Below, piece by piece: positions 50,101-62,696 of a DNA stretch of 64,000 nucleotides. Below the pieces are notes generated by a model that worked only from the letters and a program-made list of their open reading frames with translations, searched no databases and was not told the origin of the DNA. The DNA comes from Anthoceros angustus (lineage: Eukaryota; Plantae; Anthocerotophyta): contig VJWM01000068.1 in the NCBI GenBank assembly GCA_010909165.1, positions 1,178,001 to 1,242,000 on the forward strand, read 5' to 3'. Made by a program: the position numbers and the translations under genes. Each line of letters opens with the position of its first letter. The first letter of the stretch is position 1.

Positions 50101-52600
50101 GTCGTCCTCCTCCCACAACCATGGCTTGGAATCGTTTGTCTCCATATCTAAGCAGGTTGCAATGGTGTCACTCGACCGGTCAAAATTCCCCATATGGCCT
50201 TGGCATTGTTCACTTCTACATGCATTACATCCTTTGCCCATAGCTTGTGTATGTGGGTAAGATAAGGCAGCGTAGGATCGTGACTCATGGGTTACTCCCA
50301 CACTGGTGTTCCTCCTTTGCTGCATCGGCATCCAATTTGCATTTCAAGAGAACTTCGGGCTGCAAGTGGGCGTGGCGCATTTCGCATCTATTATCGAAAG
50401 CATCGATCCGAAATGACCGTGGTGTCAAGTTGCTACACCATCGCGGGCACCAATGTACAAGATTTTGTCTAAGTCTGACCGGTGGCTCTAGGCCTATCGA
50501 TCAATACACGCGAGTGACCCGGACTTGCGGGCCAAGCAAATTTTCCATCGCACATCCATCGCAAGGAACAAGGCCAGCACCTACCTCCTCCATAGTCTTG
50601 CATGATACAATGCCAATCATGGCTCTTGAGTCCCATTTTTGGCCCCGCAGCACAATTCAAGTTAGCCCCAAGCCCGTAGGTGGTCTCATTGCACATATCT
50701 CATCCTTCACGCTTGAAGATCATCCGCTTCAAGACATAAGAGGCCTCGGCAAATGCAACATGTCGCCCTCCTCCACCGCCACAACCATGGCTTGGAATCG
50801 CTTTGTCTCCATATCTAAACGGGTTGCAATGGTGTCACTCGACCGGTCAAAATTCCCCATATGGCCTTGGCATTGTTCACTTCTACATGCATTACATCCT
50901 TTGCCCATAGCTTGTGTATGTGGGTAAGATAAGGCGAGGATCGACTCATGGTTACTCCCACACTCGGTGTTCCTCCTTGCCGTGCATCACCGTCCAACGC
51001 GCAAGAGAACTTCCTAACACAAGTGGAGGGCGTGGCATTTCGCATCTATTATCGAAAGCATCGACCGAAATGACCGCGGGTGTGTCGCCAGTTGCTACAC
51101 CATCGCCGGCACCAATGTACAAGATTTTGTCTAAGTCTCACGACCGTGGCTCTAGGCCTATACTCAATACACGCGAGTGACCCGACTTGCAGCCAAGCAA
51201 ATTTCACCGGGATAATCACATGTTGCAACCACCGGTCTTTGCAGCTTGAAAAATCTTTCGGTATCATCAATTGGCTTGGAGAAGTCCTCACAATCCACAC
51301 CTACCCATAGCTACGCCAATTCCAACCAATGGTTGCAAGTACACGTCCATGTTTGGCACGCTTGGGTCCCGGAATCACCATAGACATCAAAATGCGTTCC
51401 TTTTGGTGGATAGCAGTGGAAGGTTTTGGATGACCGAAGCACCGCCATATTGAGTTGGAGCATGATCGATGGCCCGACGGGTTGAGGCCGTCTGTACAAA
51501 TAGAGAGTCGAACGTTCCTATCGTCGGCACCAAAATTTTCCACGCCATCAAGAGCAACCCAGGCAGGGGTGTCAGCCATAATCCGCATCTTACCATCCCG
51601 ACTTCGATTGTGTGCCCACCAAGTCATATCAGTAGCCATGGCGGGGCACCTGAAGATCCTCCTAAGGCGTTCCACCAAAGGGAAGTGGAAGTATGACTTC
51701 CGCGGAACCTTGTGTCGGCCAACGGGATCGCGGTATCGAGGCTCGCCACAAAAACAATTCAATTCCACTGCAAGCGGCCCCCAAAACACACAACAATCCT
51801 TCACACATGCATCTATACGTTACAACTCTCCACCTTCATAAGAATGTGACTTGCAGCTTGTCGTGATTGGGGTAGAGAATTTGGGCGAGGCAGAGCATCC
51901 GCTAACCACCTTGAACACACTGATCGCACTGCTCGATAAGTTGTGTCTCACCTTGCGCTCACAAGGGCAAGCGTGCACGACAACCGATCGAGTGGATGCA
52001 TGCCCCATCTATGACAAACAAAGGTTTTGAGGCCTCTTCAGACGATTGATGCCATTGATCGGGGCGGAGGATACAAAACCGTGCAGGTGGACCATTGCCC
52101 CGCCATCTCGGGCATGGTCAATAGGTGGCTCGGTATTGAGTGTCGTGGCACGGACTCGGTGCAAAGAATGGACCATCTCGACGCTTTCGTCACCCGTGTC
52201 GGCCCTACATTGCGCTTTGAGCCCTCCCAGCCCCATTGTGGATGAATATGTGGAATAACTCCAAGGCCGTGTCATACGATCGTTTTCATCGATCCAACAA
52301 GCGCCGGCCCTTGAAGATAGTCACTTGGTCAGCGTCCCTACAAGAGATTCAATGGTGTGTTAGAACGGATGCATACGCTAGCGTGCCAAGATGCAATGGT
52401 GTGGTAAAGATGTGATGCAGACTGGAATTCATGGCAAATCTCAGCGCGCGCTATGATGTCCCAGTGCCTGGAATGGGCGAGCGCGATGTCTGCCCTCACG
52501 GGATGCTCATTACCAATGCAATCAGGACATGGGGCGCGGCCCCTAATTGCGGTTCGACAGGACCATCGGAATCCATGTTCGCGCCGACTTAGTGAGGTTG
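47127..52600 (-). pseudogene. Inner CACTA TnpD transposase (Transposase_21/DUF4218/DUF4216-like), fragmented and duplicated
   Basis: PCPDC N-terminal motif (~52530); CC.FWG...C.FCGEPRY...VPRKSYFHFPL; NVRLSICTDGLNP; GLKSHDWHCIMQ; GTVHTRWMYPMERYM..LK..VR.RAKPEGSM; C-terminal WMICTPIHARWD*. Confidence 0.92.
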
Positions 52601-55008
52601 TTCTGCATCTAACATTTAGACGAAGCGTCAAAGGGTTCGAGGCTAGATGGGCCGCAAAGGGCCATTGCCGTGTTGCCGAGAACGGCCATCACGCCCGCCG
52701 AATTGGGCGGACATGGCTAGAACGGGCCTCACGCCCGGTTCCTTCGACTGTGGGCATCGATTGCAAATTATAGTACCACGTGTGGCCGTCTGGCTCGTCG
52801 GTACCAAATGCGATATGTGTACCTAGCCTTGAGGGTGCAAAAACCTTGGCAAGGTTACGCTCGACCACGGCATCAAAGTGTGCGACATCTTGAAGCTCAC
52901 CAGCGGCACTTGGTTCTGGCGGTGCTTTAACAATTCAGACTCGGCCTTGTAGCGAAGTTGCAAACTCGGGGGAATGGCCCAGCGGCCGCAGCAATCACGA
53001 GGATGGGCCAATCCCAATGCCGCCGATGCCGCTCATTCCTGCAGTTGGACACGACCGTGACATGGACCTTGTGAGCGGGGTACGCCGAGTCTAGTTCATC
53101 GCGGCCATCGAAGACGCCGGAGCCCTGACCGTACCATCGCCCAGGAGTGAACCCCTTGTGGCAGTGGGAGCATGCTCCTCACCTCCGGCGGAGATTGCGA
53201 TTACGTATGCAGGGCCTTGAGGCGGATGAGGTCGAGGTTCCCGAAGTATGGACTCCTGGACGTGGGCGCTGGGTATTGCAAATTGCGGAGGGGAGCGCCA
53301 TCGACCTCATGGAGAAGCACTATCACATCACGCGTCTCAGCAATGATGATGCAGGACCACTGCCATTGCGCTCCATCGCCGGTGCAAGCAATGTCCGAAA
53401 GTGGTGGGTTGGATGTGCATCGAGGTTGGGGCAAGGCATGGTGGACCGAGCCAAGGAATTGGGCATATTTGTGGCCGATGTGGTAGAGGCACCGAGGGCG
53501 TCACACATCTCTTGAACATCCCAATTGTTCTTTGAGGTCGGGACCCCGGTGAGCAAGATGTTTTTGTCCCACTGCTCACCAAGTTTGACGATTGGTTATC
53601 GACACGAGCCACCTTTCGGCGGGACCCAAGGCCAAGGCATCCGGTCAGGCCGGTTGGAGACCATGCGGGTGAAGGAAGCCTACTTCAGCTGGAGCGGGAG
53701 ATCCAGGACCTCGAGCTCACTGTGGGGCCAAAAATTGTGTTCGCCTGCTGGCCCACCGTAGGATCCCAAGCGTCGGTTGTGTGGAGGCCTCTCGTCCACT
53801 CCATGAATTCATCAGGCGCCGCAAGATCGTCGGTCAAGCGAAGATTGTGTCCATGGAGGTTGATATGCATCGGGCATCACCACCTTTTCTTGCATGCCCT
53901 TCATTTACAACGATCGAGGCCTTTGTGTGCTATTCGATTTTATGTCTAATGAGGCCGCATTCGAGGTGCTCGAGCTTGCAATGCCATCGTGAGGACGTGC
54001 CACTGCATTGGTAGCCGGAAAGGTTCGGTGATGGTTCTTTGGCAAGACATATGCATTCATCTTTGAGCCTCGGACATTGCGGCAGATTGTGGTAGTGGAC
54101 GTGCACGCAGCTCTGGCATGGAGATCGTAGGTTTTTTTCAAGACGAATACACATGTGTAGCGGCATGAGGCATTAGGCAATTTTGGAATTGTGTTCGCCT
54201 GCTGGCCCACCGTGGATCCCAAGCGTCTGGTTGTGTGGACAGGCCCTCTCCACTCCATGAATTCATCAGCGCCCGCAAGATCGTCAACTCAAGATTGTGT
54301 CCATGGAGGTTGATATGCATCGGGCATCACCACCTTTTCTCGCATGCCCTTCATTTACAACGATACTGAGGCCTTTGTGTGCTATTCAAATTTTATGTCT
54401 AATGAGCAGGCTGCATTCGAGGTGCTCAGAGCTTGCAATGCCATCGTGAGGACGTGCCACTGCATTGGTAGCCGGAAAGGTTCAGCAGTGGTTGCTGGCA
54501 AGACATATGCATTCATCTTTGAGCCTCGGACATTGCGGCAGATTGTGGTAGTGGACGTGCACGCAGCTCTGGCATGGAGATCGTAGGTTTTTTTCAAGAC
54601 GAATACACATGTGTAGCAGCAGCATGAGGCATTAGGCAATTTTGGAGATTGTGTTTTGTGAGACGGACTTGGAAGTTTGACATGCCTAGTGATGGCTTTT
54701 TTGGGCTTGCTCGACATGACGGTGTATGCAGCAAGCTTGGGGACTACATTTTGTGTTCACATCAAAAAGTAACCCCCTCATACTTCGTACACTCATGTGT
54801 CGCGGTGGTAGATAAACGGTACTCGAAAAGGGTGACCAACGTTCGACCTTGCTACCAGTTGTCCTTTTAGAAGTTATAGAACATCAAGCGGGCTAGGGGC
54901 AAACCAGGGTTCAAACCACAACTCAGTACATAGTTCGTTCCCTTAAGCATGCCCAGTTGGTGGCCCTCAACCCGGTTCCTATGGTGCTAGCCAGGACATG
55001 GCGCCTCC

Positions 55009-55270
55009 GGATACAGTAACACCGGCTACTTGGCCCATATGGCACATTGCCATGCCCTCCCGGATACGGTAACACCGGCTACTTGGCCCATGTGGCACAC
55101 CGCCATGCCCTCCGGATCGTGACATTGGCTACTTTGCATGCAACACACGCATGCTACACACCAGAGAAGGGGACACTGGTACAACAACCGGTGCAGCGCT
55201 ACCAACCTGCTTGGGTGAACGAAATTTATCCGGTTACAAAGGGCGTGAACAAGATTTATCCGGTCACAAA
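55009..55270. repeat. Subterminal tandem repeats of the inner CACTA
   Basis: ~52-bp unit cggatac.gtaacaccggctacttggccca..tggcaca..gccatgccctc x2, plus atttatccggt.acaaaggg x2, within 450 bp of the TIR. Confidence 0.7.
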
Positions 55271-55443
55271 GGGCAAATGTATCACGAGGACATGGCACGT
55301 TATTATGCTTACGGTGGAGTGTGACGTCCAACAGCCATTCACGTTATAATCAAGTATGCCGTTATTATTTTATAACACCAATATCACGAGATCTTGCTAC
55401 GTGATATATGGTGCGTTAAAAAGCCATATGTTTTGTAGTAGTG

Positions 55444-58170
55444 AAAGGTGCTGAAAACCCAGCTGTCCCGAGTGCTGCACCTATTACCATCTCCGGCCAT
55501 GGTGCGGAAGTAGTACCCCATGGTCTCTAAACCGCGGTATGTTGTGACCATCTGTCGAGGGCCATTGACTATTGCCCATATGTCTTCATATCGAGCCATT
55601 CCAGCCCACTTGCGTTGTCGGACACCAGCCTCCAGCCAATTCAAGAGGTTTGTCCCATCAGTGGCACTTGCTTCAAACTCACTGCGGACAGCCTCCAGGG
55701 CCTCAGAATGCAATATGAAGTGCCTACAGCTGCATTGCAGTTAGTTTTTTCTTTTGGGCTTTCCCAATTGGCCGCTCTGCCGAACGATCCAAAGTGTGAT
55801 GAAATAGAGGGGCTTGCCCAGGGTTCCTGGCCGCCAGGAAGTCGGATGCATAAAACATACTTTCCATGGCCAAGTACCTTGTGGCCATACTCCCTTCCGG
55901 CTTGGCATGTTGGCGGATGGATTGCTTCAGCACATGCATATGTCTCTCGATAGGGTACATCCAGCGGGCATGGACTGTGCCGTGAGTGGCAACCTCATCG
56001 ACAAGGTGGATGATCATGTGCTGCATAGGATTCCACAACACGGACGGGTAACAACGTTCTAATTCCACCATAGTGTCCACCACTTTCAGCCGCATTGCAG
56101 GGATGTCTTGCGGATTAATTGCCTTCTGGCAAATCCACATGTAGATGGAGCTGAACTGGACGAAGGAAGCATACTCTGGACCATTTAGGCGCCGGCGCAA
56201 AGCTATTGGGAAGTAAAACTGCATTAGAAGGTGCCAATCGTGGCTCTTCAACCCGGTCACTTTTGACCCCCGAAAACAAGTCGAAAGGTTAGACCCAAAC
56301 GCAGTAGGTGGCCGCACCTTACACAACTCATCCTTCACGCCCTGAATGTCCGCCTTTGATAATGTGTAGGAGGCCGCGGGAATGTGGGCTTCCCCGGTGT
56401 CATCAACCACTGGCCACAACCATGGCTTGGAGTCCAAATCCATCAAGTCAACGCGTGAATTGTGCGTATCCTATCGTCCACTCCATATGTGCCAGAAAGC
56501 TTGGCAATTGTTGACCTCTGTGTGCATTACATCTTTCAGCCACAACTTCGGTATTGATACCAAATAGGGCAAGGTGTCAATGAAAGCGGATTTTCGGCTG
56601 ACGCCCCATACCCTTCCGTGTGCCCTGTCACCCGGGGGTGCGTTAGCCCATGCCGACATTTCTTGAATGATGTCATGTACTGAGCGGAGAGGGGCGGAGG
56701 TCGCAGCTCGACAGTGTTATTGAAATAGTCGCACTGCTCGACCCGCCTAGGATCATCTTGCGTGGGGCACCACCGGCGGTTTCTGTCACAAACAATCTTG
56801 TCCAGCACATGCGACTAGCGTGGCTGCAAATGAGGCCATAATCGAAACACACAATCTTAACTTGGTAACCCAAAAGGGCACCAATCCCAGGGTAATCACA
56901 TGTTGCATGGAGAAGGGCAGCCCGGAGGTGGAAGAAGTGGAACGGATCCGTCTCCGGCTTCGAAAAATCTGCTGCTGGCACACCAACCCATAGCCTGGCC
57001 AGCTCCTCTAACAAGGGTTGGAGGTAGACATCCAAATTCTTGACCTGTTTCGGCCCGGGCACGATAATTGGCATCAGAATACGTTGCTTCTTTGTAGTCA
57101 GCCACGGGGGGAGGTTGTGGATGAAAAGCAGAACAGGCCATATAAGAGTATGAAGCGGACCGGTGACCGCTAGGATTGAACCCGTCTGTGGAGATGCCAA
57201 GGCGGATATTCCAATCTTCTAGCCCAAAATCATCAAGGGCCTGCTTACTCCAAGCGGGGTTATCGGCCATGATTTCAGCGGCCGCCGACACCGGTGCTCC
57301 CTCCACCAAGTGAGCTGGCGGGCAGTGGATCGACAGCGTGATCTCAGACGCAAGGCGACAGGAAAATAAAACATGGTTTTGCGGGGAATAGACTGACCGG
57401 TAGCACCAATCCGGAATTGTGGCTCATCGCAAAACTCGCAAGCTGTATGGCCGGCCCGAGGTCCCCAGAACAGACAGCAATCTCCCACACACGCGTCAAT
57501 GCGGACGCATCCATGGCCTATATGCAACAACATTTTCCTGACATCCGAGCGCGAGCTCGGCATATCGTTCGATTTTGGCAAAATGGAAGTTGACAGAAGC
57601 CAGAAAATGGCGGACATGCCGGAGTCAGAGATCTTGAATCGGTCCTGAATGTTGAGCAACGCCAGGGCCCCAGACAACCTTGTATGCTGGGCATCTTCAG
57701 AGCCAGTGACTGTCCACAGCGGCTGAGATGCCTCTGTTTCCAATCCAGATTGGGCGCTCGGAAAACACTCCTGCAATGGAGGGTGCCGTGGCCCCGTCCA
57801 GCCGAGGCGCATCCATATCTGCACCGGCCTCTCAAATAGGAGTGCGAGGAGACGCGAATCGGGCGCATCATCGCCAAGGCCCCATCATGTCGTGGGCTGC
57901 CGGGAAGAGTCGGGCAAGCGGGGCTGTCCATGTTCATCCGGAGGTTGGGGGTGGAAGGAGGCCTCCACACCGTGCAACCACCGGGCACCCAGCAAGTGAG
58001 AAGGTGAGGTGGAAGAGGGGTGGTCTACCACCACCGGCGAGGCGTAGCAATGCGAAGGAAATGGCTTACCTCGGCAAGTAGGCGGGCCCAAGAACGCTCG
58101 TGTCGCAACGCGATGTCCTGCCGAATTGGCTGTGTGCTGCCATCGCAACCCGGACATTGGCACAAAACTC
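55444..58170 (-). pseudogene. N-terminal and central part of the outer CACTA TnpD
   Basis: QCPGC N-terminal motif; IDACVGDCCLFWG...CEFCDEPQF; NIRLGISTDGFNP; GPKQVKNLDVYLQPLLEEL; DYPG; GLKSHDWH..MQ; HGTVHARWMYPIERHM..LK; ends RDSWVFSTF at the inner TIR. Confidence 0.92.
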
Positions 58171-59074
58171 AGGGAATTTGCCGATTACTGTATGGGATGT
58201 CCATGGGAGCTGATGCGAGATGTGGCAAAGGCGCAATGCAACCTCTACCCTGAAGCCTACACTGTAACACTGCGGATCCTACTCCTTATAAATGGAGAGA
58301 GGCGGGAGGGGAGGAGGGGAGGGGAGGGGAGGAGAGGAGAGACAAAGCCATTGCGGGGTCACGGCCGCTTACACGGGCCGTGGGCGTCCCCACTCACGCC
58401 TTTGTGTGCCCAGATACAATCGTGATGAAATGCATCCACTGTTCACGATCAAGCTGGCGACACAACGGCTGGGAACGAGAATTGAGGTTATTTTCCCGGT
58501 TTTGTCGGACGGGTTACGGTGGAACCCAAACCCAGCAATAGCTGACCATAGTGAGGCAGTGGTTACCGTGCAGATATATGACGGTAGAAAACACGATGCG
58601 GAGGTTCGTCATAAATAGCAATTGACAAAGAATATGAAATTGTCTTAGGTCTTACAAAGCGTCTTATACATATGATAGCCCAGCATACCTCCCACCCACT
58701 GTCATATACCACTTGTCATAAAAAGGTGCTTTTTGTAGTAGTGATGGTTTCAGTCCACGCTGAAGTTCGTCTCAACCTGTCGAATGGATTCAATGCTGAA
58801 AGAGGTTTCCAAAGATTCCATGGTGATACAATGTAGATTGCGCATGTTACCCTGCAGCACACTCCACAAAGGCTCAACATTTATTCCATGTTTTGATATA
58901 TTGTTGATTTCCATGTCAAAATACCTTATGATGCTCATATTGTTTCTTTTTTCTAAAGAAAATATATAAATCTCATGTGGATAGAATGTTGATTAAGCAT
59001 CCACATTCCATATTGATTACATGTAATATAATATCTAATGATAATACTAATTCTTACAATAAATTATATAAATA

Positions 59075-59078
<4 letters not shown>

Positions 59079-59134
<56 letters not shown>
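59079..59134. repeat. (AT)n microsatellite, ~27 units
   Basis: Direct reading of the sequence. Confidence 0.95.
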
Positions 59135-59137
<3 letters not shown>

Positions 59138-59934
59138 TAACTAAACAACCCCATGGATGTGCTATATAGAAACTCCATCGACATAACATATATTTGAAGT
59201 TCCATATTCAAGGATTCTATAGTATAATATATTAATATAAAATATATTTAATATAGTAATCTCGTGGACATGAAATATGGATGTGCTCGCATGCCACTTG
59301 CTTATGACCAGCTATTGGAGTCTGAATGGTGGGCCCTACATCTGCACACACGTGCACATTAATAACGTGATGAGTTTTAGGAGCTGATGAACGCTTTGAG
59401 GAGGTTAATTGTTTGGCTATTGTTTGGAGAATTTAAAGGATTTCTTCTTCTTCTTTTATTGTAGTTATTAATTAGGCACCATTATATTCATATTTATTTA
59501 TTTTTATATATTATTTTTTATTCCAAGTTGAGGAAAATGAAGTTTAGTTGGAAATGTGTACCATGGGTCATCAAAATGTGCAACTTGTAGCCACGTGCCT
59601 TTGAAACTGTCGTCCTCCTATTGAGTATCATGTAATAGATCGCAATGGACTTTGGCTCCATGCCTAGTTGCCCTGGGAGTTGCAAGCCAACTTGGACAAG
59701 ATGGGGCTGGCAAGTGGACCCTACTGGCCTTGTCAGGCTACTACCCAGGCGCTCATTAGGTCGATATCCAGACGCCTCATTAAGCGCCACATGACAATGA
59801 AAGGATGCAATTTGAAATTGTTGAAGGCAGTACTCGAACCGTTAGCCCAGTACCTCTGCACACCACTAAGCTATTCCTTCTTGGTGAAGATTATACTATA
59901 GCGAAACCGTAGCCATACGGTGCAGAACGGAGCG

Positions 59935-61771
59935 GAGTGGAGTTGTGCGCACGACGCGGTGCGGTGCAGCGCCTCAACCCTCTTCTTACAAAGAGGCCAT
60001 GTCAACGAGTAACAAACAGAAGTGGGACAAGGCCATGCAGTCAGAAATGAATTCGCTGCATAAGAACCAAACTTGGGAGTTGGTTCCGTTGCCTAAGGAT
60101 AAGAAGGCACCACTGCAAATGGGTGTACAAGATGAAGGTCATACCTTGATGGCAAACCAAAGTACAAGGCACGATTGGTTGCTAAGGGTTTCAAGCAACA
60201 ACTGTGCATTGACTTTGATGAGATTTTCTCACCGAGTCAAAATGACAACTTTGCGATGTGTTCTTGCTTTGGTTGCCGTGGAATGATATGGAACTTGTAT
60301 GATGGATGTCAAGACGGCATTCTTGCATGGTGACCTTCAAGAGGAAGTCTACATGCAAAGAACCAAGGTTTTGTTGAGAAGGGCAAAGAGCATCTGTGTG
60401 CGGAGGAAGAGCCTTTATGGTTTGAAACAGCACCCGAGAGTGGTATCACAAGTTCCACTCATTTATGCTTTCTCAAGGCTACAAACGAGCGATGAGGATC
60501 ATTGCCTCTATAAGCAAGCTAAGGATCAAAGCTTGCTCATTTTGATCCTCTATGTGGATGATATGCTAATTGTCGAAAGATCGATGAGATTTCGTTGAAG
60601 TCAAAGTTGAATGCTCACTTTGAAATGACAGACTTGGGAGAGGCGAGCCATATACTTGGCATGCGATTCGGAATGCATATAGCGCCGCTTTATTTGTCTC
60701 GCATTTTAATACATTAAGGTGCTTCAACGCTTCAACATGGAGAAGGGAAGCCATTGGGTACTCCATTGCCTCCATATGTGAAACTTTCAAGCGGATTGCC
60801 CAAGCTCGAGGAGGACAAAGCGAAATGGAGAAGGTCCCATACTCATCTGTAGGGAGTTTGATGTATGCAATGATTGCTACACGCCCCGACATTGCCTTTG
60901 CGGTGGGAGTGGTTAGCGAGTTTATGTCAAACCCGCAAGAAGCATTGGGAGGCGAAAAGGAGTTATGAGGTATCCGAATGGTACAAAAGCTTTGTGCATA
61001 TGTTTTGGTAGTGAAGATGCATGTGTGGTTGGGTACGGATCTATTGTCACGAGGATATGGACAAAAGGAGGTCCACATCGAGTTATGTCTTCATGTGCAC
61101 CGGAGGGGCGCCTCATGGCGATCTCGCTTTGCAATCGTGCATTACGCTATCTACCACAGAGGCCGAGTATGTTGCAAAGAATCGAGGCTTGCAAGGAAGC
61201 CATATGGCTTGCTCGCTTAGTGGGAGACTTGGGGATCAAGGTTGAGTCGCTGTTGCATTGTGATAGCAGTGCTATCCAATTGGCAAAGAATCCAGTGTTT
61301 CATGCGAAGACTAAACATGTGGATGTGAAGTATCACTTCATTCGAGAGGTGTTGGATGACAAGAGGGTACAACTTGTCAAGGTTCACACCAGCCAGAACC
61401 CTGCAGATATTCTTACCAAGGGATTCTCTACGGAGCAATTTGCACAAGCTCGGACACTGATGGGCATGAGGTAGCCCATTCTTCTACGAAGGTAAATTGG
61501 CCTTTAAGTGGGAGGTTGTAAGGGTATTAAAGCCCAATGTACTTAGACTAATACACTTACAGAGTGGAGTTGTGCGCACGGCGCGGTGCGGTGCAGCGCC
61601 TCAACGGTGGAGTTTGGAGGGGCTTGATATAGGGCTTGTGTGAGGCTTATTTGTTTCAAAGCGGGTGTGCCTTTGTCCTTCGAGGTCTTGCGTGAAGAGC
61701 ATGTCTCTTCTCATAAGAGATTTAGCTTTGTCTATTTATGCCAAGTCTCTCTCTCATCTCCCCTGTTTTCA
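59935..61771 (+). mobile_element. Ty1/copia remnant: RT-RNase H plus one LTR (61517-61771)
   Basis: [96 protein letters not shown]; PPT aagtgggagg followed by TGTAAGG...TTTCA. Frameshifted; gag, PR and INT absent. Confidence 0.9.
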
Positions 61772-61859
61772 AGTGGAAAATCAAGACTCATGAACTTAAA
61801 GGGCCAAAAAGGCTTTACAAACAAGGATCCAATAAGAACTCTTATGGGAGTTACACAAC

Positions 61860-61938
61860 AGCTAAAGAAACTACAAGAAGCACCATCCTCAAAACTCGAG
61901 CTAAAGAAACTACAAGAAGTACCATCCTCAAAGCTCGT
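61860..61938. repeat. 39-bp direct repeat x2
   Basis: gctaaagaaactacaagaag(c/t)accatcctcaaa(a/g)ctcg twice. Confidence 0.85.
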
Positions 61939-62696
61939 ACGAGGAGTCGTAACGGAACATAGCATTACCATCCAAACTTAAACAAGAAGTCATAACAGAG
62001 TATACAAGAACATAGAAGGACAATCCTCCAATATCAAACCAAACCAAACCTCCACCAGGCCATCCATCTCCACCAAGACAAAAAAAAAGTAACAAATAAA
62101 AGAAAATCACCCACAAAGCTAAAGGAATTGAATATGCAACATGGAAACCGCAGAATCATCGTAAAAGTTTGCCTATAAGTAATCTCTCGACCAAAACAAC
62201 ATAGGGCGAGAAGATCAAAGAGCCTCTAGACCCAAGCACTTGTTGCCAAATTTGACACAAAATCGCACGAGGTGCCTGATAAGGGCTGCCCAGGCCGCGC
62301 AAAGAAGCGGCTCTTGAGCAGCGTTGAGCTAATAGCCATTGAGGCAGCACTGTCAACAACAGCTGATAGAGTTTGCAAAATTACATGCTTAGGTCGAGCA
62401 ACCAAACTCATTCGCCACAACTGCAATGTTCATAACTTATAGTGGTTCAGAAAGACGTCAATCTCTCTGCATTGAAGTGAGGGATTAAATGAACAGCTCT
62501 GAGTATGTTTAAGCATCTATCACCAGATATAGCCTGGAACCCGAAGACGACTGCTTCTATGCTTGGCTCCCGGGATCAGCTGGGCCCCTCTCGCCGCTTG
62601 ACCTAACTGGCCCACGTAACAGCTGCTGAACAAGGTGTTTATGGCGTGTCTGCAGAGACAGGAATACAGGTATCTGGGATGAAGTTTCCATCTCTG

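Larger units (their letters stand above)
19106..55443 (-). mobile_element. Inner CACTA transposon, 36.3 kb including the nested gypsy element
   Basis: Perfect 32-bp TIRs CACTACTACAAAACATATGGCTTTTTAACGCA (19106-19137 and 55412-55443), with a 3-bp AAA TSD at 19103-19105 and 55444-55446. Confidence 0.95.
18666..58743 (-). mobile_element. Outer CACTA (EnSpm) transposon remnant, interrupted by the inner CACTA; left end not found
   Basis: Right TIR ...ttttgtagtagtg ends at 58743. TnpD coding fragments at 58170-55444 continue at 19105-18666. Confidence 0.8.

Noticed and set aside
53240-53290. LLDVGAGY as a SAM-methyltransferase motif I
   Set aside because: A single short motif in a frameshifted region with the coding strand unresolved; kept only as part of the cargo finding.
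61940-62460. Possible L1-like 3' end on the minus strand
   Set aside because: Only compositional resemblance; no diagnostic RT, endonuclease or zinc-finger motif.
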